DNA of 64,000 nucleotides from Octopus vulgaris (Eukaryota). Numbering within the stretch: the first letter of the stretch is position 1; each line of letters opens with the position of its first letter. Below the pieces are notes generated by a model. It did no database searches, was not told where the DNA came from, and was given only the letters and a program-made list of their open reading frames with translations. The DNA is taken from NCBI GenBank assembly GCA_951406725.2, contig OX597827.1, positions 38,254,001-38,318,000 on the forward strand, given 5' to 3'. Shown here piece after piece: positions 55,228 to 64,000 of the stretch. Made by a program: the position numbers and the translations under genes.

Positions 55228-56503
55228 CAGGAGAAATACCTAGCCAAAGATAAGCCCCTGTACCTGGCTTTCGTTGACATGGAGAAAGCTTTTGATAGGG
55301 TCCCCCCGATCCCTTATCTGGTGGTCAATGAGGAAACTAGGGATAGATGAATGGCTGGTGAGGACTGTGCAAGCCATGTACAGAGATGCCGTAAGTAAGG
55401 TTAGGGTTGGTAACATGTACACAGAAGAATTCAAAGTAGAGGTTGGGGTCCACCAGGGTTCAGTACTCAGCCCCCTCCTATTTATCATAGTACTCCAGGC
55501 AATTACGGAGGAATTCAAGACAGGCTGTCCCTGGGAGCTCCTCTACGCTGACGACCTTGCTCTTATTGCTGAGTCACTATCAGAACTGGAGGAGAAGTTC
55601 CAGGTATGGAAGGAGGGTTTAGAATCAAGGGGCCTTAGAGTCAACCTAGCTAAAACCAAAGTACTAATAAGTAGGAAGGTAGACAATCCACAAATATCTT
55701 CAGGAAGATGGCCCTGCTCGACGATCTGTAGAAAAGGTGTAGGTAGAAACTCTATAAGATGTACCCAGTGTAAGCTATGGACACATAAGAGGTGCAGCAA
55801 TGTCAAAGGTAGGCTAACTGGGAAGATAGTTTTTGTATGTGGCAGATGCTCGGGAGCATTAACCTCCGAAAATCTGCAGAAAACAACTTCCGTCACTTTC
55901 CAGGGGGAAAAACTAGAAGTAGTTGATAGCTTCCGTTATCTAGGTGACCAAGTCAGTAGTGGGGGTGGGTGCGCTGAAAGTGTAACTGCTAGAATAAGAA
56001 TAGCCTGGGCAAAGTTTAGGGAGCTCTTACCTCTGCTGGTGACTAAAGGCCTCTCGCTCAGAGTAAAAGGCAGACTGTATGATGCGTGTGTACAAACAGC
56101 CATGCTACATGGCAGCGAAACATGGGCCGTGACTGCTGAGGACATGCGTAAGCTCGTGAGGAATGAAGCCAGTATGCTCCGATGGATGTGTAATGTCAGT
56201 GTACATACTCGACAGAGCGTTAGCACCTTGAGAGAAATGTTGTACCTAAGAAGCATCAGATGTTGTGTGCAAGAGAGACGATTGCGCTGGTATGGTCATG
56301 TGGCGAGAATGGATGAAGATAGGTGTGTGAGAAAGTACCAATCCCTAGCAGTTGAGGGAACCCGTGGAAGAGGTAGACCCAGGAAAACCTGGGACGAGGT
56401 GGTGAAGCACGACCTTCGAACTTTAGGCCTCACTGAGGAAATGACCAGCGACCGAGACCTTTGGAAATATTCTGTACATGAGAAGACCAGGCAGGACAAG
56501 TGA
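55228..56503 (+). pseudogene. RTE reverse transcriptase (partial, one frameshift near 55305) with embedded PHD-type finger
   Basis: QEKYLAKDKPLYLAFVDMEKAFDRVP, frameshift, then GVHQGSVLSPLLF, LYADDL, NLAKTK, FRYLG, LHGSETW, RLRWYGHV, RGRGRPRKTW; ~400 codons without a stop. Confidence 0.95.
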
Positions 56504-56587
56504 GCCCAGCCCACTTATGAATGCCTTTCCTCCCTTGGACACAAAGACCTGTTGAGGCAAGCGAAGTCGATATAGAACATCATCAGA

Positions 56588-57022
56588 CGACAGACACCCA
56601 TGCCAACACCCCATGCTTGCGAAGACATGTTGGGGCAAGCGAAACCGAATTGAACCAGCCAGGATCCCTGGCCTGGTGGTACGTAAAAAGCACTATCCGA
56701 CTCGTGGCCGTGGCACGTAAAATACTCCAATGCGACCGTACGACAGGCACCCATGCCAACCCCCTTTGCTTGTGAAGACATGTTGGGGCAAGCGAAATCG
56801 AATTGAACCAGCCAGGATCCCTGGTCTGGTGGTACGTAAAAAGCACTATCCGACTCATGGCCGTGGCACGTAAAATACTCCAATGCGACCGTACGACAGG
56901 CACCCATGCCAACCCCCTTTGCTTGTGAAGACATGTTGGGGCAAGCGAAATCGAAATCGAATTGAACCAGCCAGGATCCCTGGTCTGGTGGTACGTAAAA
57001 AGCACTATCCGACTCGTGGCCG
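56588..57022 (+). repeat. 153-bp tandem repeat (~2.8 copies) in the RTE 3' UTR
   Basis: cgacagRcacccatgccaac recurs at 56588, 56741 and 56894. Confidence 0.95.
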
Positions 57023-57554
57023 ATGCCAGCACCGCCTCGACTGGCTTCCGTGCCGGTGGCACATAAAATACACCAATCTGACCGTGGCCATTGCCAGCCT
57101 CGCCTGGCACCTGTGCAGGTGGCACGTAAAAAGCACCCACTACACTCACGGAGTGGTTGGCGTTAGGAAGGGCATCCAGCTGTAGAAACATTGCCAGATT
57201 AGACTGGAGCCTGGTGCAGCCTTCTGGCTTCCCAGAACCCCGGTCGAACCGTCCAACCCATGCTAGCATGGAGAACGGACGTTAAACGATGATGATGATG
57301 ATGATGATGATGATACATTTGACAGAATAATCTGAATGTTAAATGGTTAATCTGAACCATACCAAATTCATTTTTGTTCTTCATCACTCCATTTAGTGTT
57401 CGGGGGAAATTGATAAATGTGTATATACCAGTAATATAATACCAGTGTTAATTTAATTGGTTGTCACCTTCTCCCCTTCACCTAAAATATTTCTTTGCCT
57501 CCTTGTACATAAGATAGAACTCATCACCATCTTCACCGCCACCAGTACTACCAT

Positions 57555-57655
57555 TATTATCATCATCATCATCATTATCATCATTATTATTATTATCATT
57601 ATTATTATTATCATTATTATTATTATTTTTATTATTATTATTATTATTATTATAT
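57555..57655. repeat. (ATC/ATT)n microsatellite
   Basis: Direct reading of the sequence. Confidence 0.95.
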
Positions 57656-58935
57656 ATACACCTGATGAAGTAGTTAGAGTCAGAAAACAGTACCCCCATT
57701 CCACCACACATACCACTATGTACTGCGACTAATAAAGAATATGCACTGAGACTATAGATAGTCTCATTAAGTAGTTGCTAGTTGTTATTTTTTCCCCCTT
57801 CTCCCCTCCCGCTACCCCACTCCCCCTTTCCCCCCTACCCTTCCTACATCCTGAGTGCAATGTTTCAGAAAGTACCACCACCACCATTACTCCCTGCTGA
57901 TGAAACCCTAATTATTATATAGACGCTCCTGCCTCCTGCTACAACCATTTCTGAATAACAGCATTAGTGTTGTTGTCGTTGTTGTTGCTGTTGTTGTTAT
58001 TGTTATAGTAGTGCAGGTGCACAGACGGTGCACTTTGTTGAACAGACACTAGACGTTCATTTGTTTTGTCTGTATGCTTTATCTGTATCTTGATTTCTTT
58101 ATACATTCATATGTCTGAATGTCTGTTCAATTGTGTGCGTATGTGTATGTCTTATTTGATCATTTGTCAGTCTATTTGTTTTAATTTTTTTTTTATTTTG
58201 CATATATTAAGTCATTTGTGTACCTATCTGTTTGTCTATCTGTGCATTCATCTGTTTTTTTTTCTCTCTCTCTGATCATTTGTCTATCTGTTTAACCAGT
58301 TGTCTATTTCTCTAACTACTTGTCTAACCATCTAACCATTTCTCTATCTATCTTACCATTATCTGATTATTTGTCTGTTTCTTTCATCACGTGTTTAACA
58401 ATTTGTCTATCTGTCTAACCATTTGTTTCTTCTAACAGTTAACTTTTTATTTATCAGCCTATTTGTCCAGCTGTGTAACTATTTGTCAATCTATCTAATA
58501 ATTTGTGCAACACTTTAACCATTTGTGTATCTGTCTAGCTATTCAGCTATCAATCTAACAATTAGTCTATTTAGCCATGTACCTCCTTTATAGCAAGGCA
58601 CCTGTTTCTGTCCCTCTGTCATACTCTAACCTCTCATTACCTGGCTCAAAACCACTTCCCTCAATACTAGTACCCATCCCTGTTCATTTTAGGAGTCTTT
58701 GTCTTGCAGCTTACTTGGCTACCTCACTGATGTTGGTGCCATGTAAAAAGCACCCAGTACACTCTGTAAAATAGTTGGCAATGGGAAGGATACCTAGCTT
58801 TGAAACCATGCCAGAGAAGACAGTAGAGCTTGGCACAGTTCTCTGACTCATCAGCTCCTGTCAAACCATCCAACCCATGTCAGCATGGAAAACAGATGTG
58901 AAATGGTGAATAGTGATTTGTTGTTCTGTCTAAAC

Positions 58936-59390
58936 CAATGATTCTTAACTGGAGTCCATATGACCTTTGGGGTCCACATCACATTTTGTTTCTACAATAC
59001 AAAAAATATTTTAACAATTCTTTTTATGTAATTCCTAATAATATTTAATTATAAAAATATGATAGGATTTTTTTAACCCTTTAGCATTCACATTATTTTG
59101 TCAAATATAATGCTTATTTATTCACATTGTTTTGAATTAATTACGCACTATTATTTTGTTACTTTGAGAGTTTGTATGAGGTGGACTGTTAATTTTCAAT
59201 GTGATAATGTAGGATCGGTGTGAGAGGCCAGACCTGACCAGTTTCAGCAAAAAACAGGTAGAATATTTTGGCTGGGTGTGGCTGGTTTGAATTCTAATGG
59301 TTAAACATTGAATAGCTATCGAGGTCCAGTTGAATAAAATAAAACTCAAAAGGGTTCACATGTAAAAAAAAAAGTGTTTGAGAAGCCTTC
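58936..59390. mobile_element. Decayed hAT MITE containing a piggyBac MITE (59073-59304)
   Basis: gtctaaac-CAATGATTCTTAAC..ggggtccac.. and tttgagaagccttc-atctagat ends; TTAA-flanked insert. Confidence 0.55.
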
Positions 59391-59644
59391 ATCTAGATAT
59401 TTTTTTATCAGTTCAATATTGTCCTTGTGTGCAACCAAGCCTGTTCTCTCTCCAATGTTTCTCTCCATTGATGCCATTTCTTACCATTTCATAACTATTT
59501 ACAAGTAATCCCCTTGCCATATCACAGTTTATTATTTAAGCTTACGTCGATTCCTCTGTGGTTTTGTTTTGCATTTGTAATAAAATATATGTATACAAAT
59601 TATAAAAATAATTAAAAAAATATACAGTACAGTACTGTTTCTAC

Positions 59645-60030
59645 TTCACGGTGGCACGTAAAAAGCACCATTCAAGCGTGATGGTTACCAGCCTCACCTT
59701 ACTGGCACTTGTGCTGGTGGCACGTGAAAAAACATTTAAGCGAGGAGGTCGTTGCCAGTGCCGCTGGACTGGTTCCAGTGCAGGTGGCACATAAAAAACA
59801 CCATTTGAGAATGGCTGTTGCCAGTACTGCCTGACTGGCCCTTGTGCTTGTGGCACGTAAAAGCACCCACTACACTCTCGGAGTGGTTGGTGTTAGGAAG
59901 GGCATCCAGCTGTAGAAGCTCTGCCAGATCAGATTGGAGCCTGGTGCAGCCATCTGGTTCGCCAGTCCTCAGTCAAATCGTCCAACCCATGCTAGCATAG
60001 AAAGTAGACATTAAACAATGATGATGATGT
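59645..60030 (+). mobile_element. RTE LINE 3' UTR/tail fragment
   Basis: Repeating ggtggcacgtaaaaag units followed by the terminal sequence of 57120-57314. Confidence 0.9.
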
Positions 60031-60359
60031 GGGGAGTTTTTGGAACGTAACACCTGCAATAGTTGAAAGATTACTGTAATAGAATTTGTAACACCTTCTG
60101 TCACATGGCACACTACAACACTATCATTACCAATAAAAACATCTACTCCATTTGCATAACTAAAACCTTCTTGTCCACTACTAACATAATTAATTTCCCA
60201 TTAAGAAGAACAACACCTTCACCAATCAAGCCAACAAGGTGTCCTCCACATGATTACTGAATCTGGTAGAAATAGCAGCAACATCACCTTTAAGGTGTAC
60301 TTAACTGCCATAAGGAATTTACATTAATAAGATGGTTCTAGATTAAATAGTGACATCTC

Positions 60360-60737
60360 TTTTACTCTTTTACTTGTTTCAGGCATTTGACTGCAGCCAT
60401 GCTGGAGCACTGCCTTTAGTTGAGCAAATCGACCCTGGGACTTATTCTTTGGAAGCCTAGTACTTATTCTATTGGTCTCTTTTGCCAAACTGCTAAGTTA
60501 CAGAGTATGTAAACACATCACCATCGGTTGTCAAGCAATGTTGGGGGCACAAACACAGACATACAAACATATACACATACATACATACATTCCGTCTACC
60601 AAATCCACTCACAAGGCTTTGGTCGGCCCGAGGCTATAGTAGAAGACACTTGCCCAAGGTGCCACGCAGTGGGAATGAACCCAGAACCATGTGGCTAGCA
60701 AGCAAGCTACTTACCACACAGCCACTCCTGCACCTAT
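60360..60737 (-). mobile_element. CORE-like SINE
   Basis: Same family as 20170-20582. Confidence 0.9.
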
Positions 60738-60879
60738 AAAATTTCTGATCATCTGTAAAATTTCTAATCATAAGTTTTTTTGATCAGCAATGTAGTCATG
60801 AAAAAAAAAAAAAGAAAGAATTTATTACATTCAGAGGAGATGCAGTGCCCATAGCCTTTGCAGGACCTCCAAGACTAGT

Positions 60880-61080
60880 GATATTGATACTGTTAATGTT
60901 GTCCTTGAACCATTGCAAATCAAAATTTACTTGAAGGGCATGAAAAGAACAAGAGTTCCAGAGGATTGGGATTCTAGGAAAGAAAGACTAGGTGTTGGGG
61001 TTAGTGCAAGGTTGGGGGAGGTCTGACACAACAAAGGTGATGTAAGGAAGAGTGATGGGTGGATCAGAAACACTACAGTG
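60880..61080 (-). pseudogene. CR1/Jockey-group LINE ORF2 C-terminus relic
   Basis: FVVSDLPQPCTNPNT*SFFPRIPILWNS..VNFDLQWFKDNIN matches the SFFPRTxxLWNxLP..DLxxFK motif. Confidence 0.7.
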
Positions 61081-62169
61081 ATTTGTGTACACGTGTGTGT
61101 TTCTATTACAGGAAACCTGGTGTATGTGTGTCTTTATTGACATAAATGTGCATGTAGATATTTCTTTATATACAGGTATGTGTATATATGTGTATATGTG
61201 TGTGTGTGTATATGTATATGTGTACATACACATACTCAACATGGATGAAGAAGGCTACAATAAATACCACACTACACAAATTTTCAATTTATTAAAAATT
61301 TCTTTTACTTCAAGTGAGAAAGTAAACAAGCATTTAGTGCCAATTGTTATTGACTCTGGACAAGAAGGGGAAATAATCTTAAGAATCATAAATACTTCAG
61401 TATTGACACAGCTATTAAGGAAAAGACAATTTGTTTGTCTTTTTCTGAAGATAAGAGGACAGCTGTGGGCATGTGTTTCTCCCTCAGTAGGCATCATTAG
61501 CACAAGAAGCAATTGTCCTATCTTGACTCATAGCTTATTTTAGTTGATCTAGAGGCCTGTTACTCTGGAATTTCTGTTACTGCTTCTTCAGACAGGAGTA
61601 TATGTATTCTAAACTACATTTGAGGATAAATGCAAAATACATTAAGAAGTACAAATATTAATATTCAAATAATAAAATCAATATTTGTACTCCTAGGTGC
61701 AATTTAGCCTGTATATTAGATTACATTATTTTAGCTCTACTTTTCTATATTTAGCAAAATATATACCTAAAAATGTACCAAAAGATATATTGGAATATAA
61801 TCTTTGAGTGTCTTTTATTTATTTTAGTCATTGGATTGCAGCCATGCTGGAGCAGGCACAACTTTAAAAGGTTTTAGTTGAATAAATTGATCCAGTGTTT
61901 ATGTTGTAAAGTCTGGTACTTATTCTATCTAGCTCTTTTGATAAACTGCTAAATTTGTGTGTGTGTGTCCCCACACATTTTCCATCTGCCAAATTAACTG
62001 AAAGGCATTGGTTGGCCCAGGGCCATAGTAAAAACCACTTTCCCAAGATGTCATGCAGTGGGATTGAACCCGAAACTATGTGGCTGCAAAACAAGCTTCT
62101 TAACTACACAGCCATACCCATGCACACACACACATACATAAATATTATATTTAGACAGATAAATATATA

Positions 62170-62703
62170 CAGACTTTGCCTTTGGTTTTCATCTTTTCAG
62201 AATTGATAAAATTAGCACCTGTTGAACACTGGGGTCAATGTAATTAACTAGTCCCTTTCCCCATAATTTCAGACCTTGCACCTAACGTAGAAAGGATAAT
62301 AATAATAATCCTCTCTAAAATAGGCACAATGCCTGAAATTTTAGGGGAGGAGGCTAGTTGATTACATCAATCCCAGTACTTATTTTATTGACCCCACAAA
62401 AGGATGAAAGGCAAAGTCAACCCCAGCAGAATTTGAACTCAGAACATAAAAATGGATGAGATGGCATTAAGTATTTCATCCAGCATGATAATGATTCTGC
62501 CAGCTTGCTGCCTTATAGAAATAATTATAATAATGATAATCTTTTCTACTATAGGCACAAGGTGTGGAATTTGTGGGGAGAGGGATTGTCAGTTACATCG
62601 ACCCCAGTACTTGACTGGCTCTTAATTTATCGATCCTGAAAAGATGAAAGGCAAAGTTGACCTCAGCGGAATTTGAATAATAATAATAGTAGTAGTAGTA
62701 GTA

Positions 62704-62746
<43 letters not shown>

Positions 62747-63390
62747 TGATGATAATCATTATTATCAAAGCAGTGAGCTGGCAGAATTGTTAGCACACCG
62801 GACAAAATGCTTAGTGATATTTCACCTGTCACTACGTTCTTAGTTCAAATTCTGCCGAGATCAACTTTACTTTTCATCTTTTCGGGGTCGATAAAATAAG
62901 TACCAGTTGAACACTGGGGTCAATGTAATCAACTCATCCTCTCCCCCAAAACTGCTGCCCTTGTGGCAAAATTTGAGGGTAGCAAACTGGTAGAATCGTT
63001 AGCACGCCGAGCGAAATACTTAGTGGTATTTCGTCTGTCATTATATTCTGAGTTCAGATTCTGCAAAGGTTGACTTTGCCTTTCATCCTTTCGGGGTCGA
63101 TGTAATTGACTTAACCCCTTCCCCCAAATTTGAGGCCTTGTGCTTCCAGTAGAAAGGATTATTATTATTATTATTATAAGGTGGCAAGCAGAAACTTTAG
63201 CACACTGGACAAAATGCTGACATTTCATCAGGCTTTACATTCTGAGTTCAAATTCTGCTGAGGTCAGCTTTGCCTTTCATCTTTTTGGGATTGATAGAAT
63301 AAGTACCAGTTGAGCACTGACTGAGTTCAGTGTAATCAACTAACACCCTCCCTCGAAAATTTCAGTGCTTGCTCCAATAATAGAAAGGAT
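62170..63390. mobile_element. Cluster of about six Nin-domain-like SINEs in both orientations
   Basis: + 62170-62300; - 62310-62515; - 62540-62677; + 62770-62975; + 62978-63160; + 63180-63390; several separated by (TAA)n. Confidence 0.9.
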
Positions 63391-63879
63391 TATTTGTAAT
63401 TATTGTCTGAGGTGACTCATTTCTCAGGGTAATTTGTTTGGTGTGGTAATACCATGGGAGACAATAGTAATCCAGATTGGACTGTGCTAAAGTAGAGAAG
63501 GATGATGTCATCATGAATTCTAGATAAGAAAATTTGGAGGATTCAAAAGTTCATCCTGCAAGGCATATCAATTTCATTGTTGATGTAGGTTCCCCTGTTG
63601 AATGGTCTCTGATGTTGTTAGGCATCTTGAAAGGTTTTTCCTAATGGTCCAAAGTGGATGAACTCAAATGCTTCCACTATTCCATAACATTTTGTTTTAT
63701 TTTTTACCCATTGAAATGTAGCGTACAATGATAAGGTAAAGTAAGTGTACAGTTTCTTAAAATGAGTGGAATGTTCTTTTTTAGGATAACAATTCTATGA
63801 TTTTATGTCCTCTAAGGTGTTAAAGAACATGGAATATTTATGCACTCTTAAAGTGAACTCTCAACTCTTAAGCACAGAT

Positions 63880-64000
63880 CTTTGTTGTAAAAGGAGCACT
63901 CCGTTAGTTATATGTCCCAGCTGATATGATAAACCGAACAGCTTGCTCGTGAAATTAACATGCAAGTGTCTGAGCACTCCACAGACATGCGTATCCTTAA
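63880..64000 (-). mobile_element. 3' tail of a tRNA SINE (same family as 4819-5250), cut by the window end
   Basis: gaacagcttgctcgtgaaattaacatgcaagtgtctgagcactccacagacatgcgtatccttaa matches 31245-31310 and the reverse complement of 5008-5053. Confidence 0.8.

Larger units (their letters stand above)
55224..57314 (+). mobile_element. Young 5'-truncated RTE-clade LINE
   Basis: RT ORF, 3' UTR with tandem duplication and (GAT)n tail; possible TSD tttgacaRaa (55214-55223 / 57318-57327). Confidence 0.95.

Noticed and set aside
56515-57269. 139-aa and 228-aa minus-strand ORFs with repeated peptides
   Set aside because: By-products of the 153-bp (multiple of 3) tandem repeat in the LINE 3' UTR.
57655-57920. 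CTGATGA motifs near 57662 and 57897
   Set aside because: No convincing stem I or II, or no downstream GAAA.

Overview
AT-rich, repeat-saturated eukaryotic DNA, almost certainly from an octopus (coleoid cephalopod) genome; this is inferred from the SINE families and the extreme (TA)n/(CA)n/(GAT)n load. No intact host protein-coding gene is visible, and nearly all listed ORFs are microsatellite or SINE artefacts. One CpG-rich promoter-like patch (ETS plus palindromic NRF1 motifs, ~14.7 kb) is followed by a probable first exon ending at an AG|GTAAGA donor at 15004, so most downstream sequence is probably intron. Mobile DNA includes three tRNA-derived SINE families (CORE-, Nin- and Meta-domain-like), one young 5'-truncated RTE LINE plus decayed copies, a DD37D Tc1/mariner relic, mariner, hAT and piggyBac MITEs, non-autonomous Helitrons, CR1-like scraps and a Penelope-like GIY-YIG relic. 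The main hidden signals are three. First, a set of minimal type I hammerhead ribozyme folds in Penelope-derived termini sitting in (TA)n tracts, including one with an apparent compensatory G3:C8 core swap inside a long inverted repeat. Second, a C4HC3 PHD finger embedded in the RTE reverse transcriptase. Third, a possible retroelement dUTPase relic. All calls are by eye; no searches were run.
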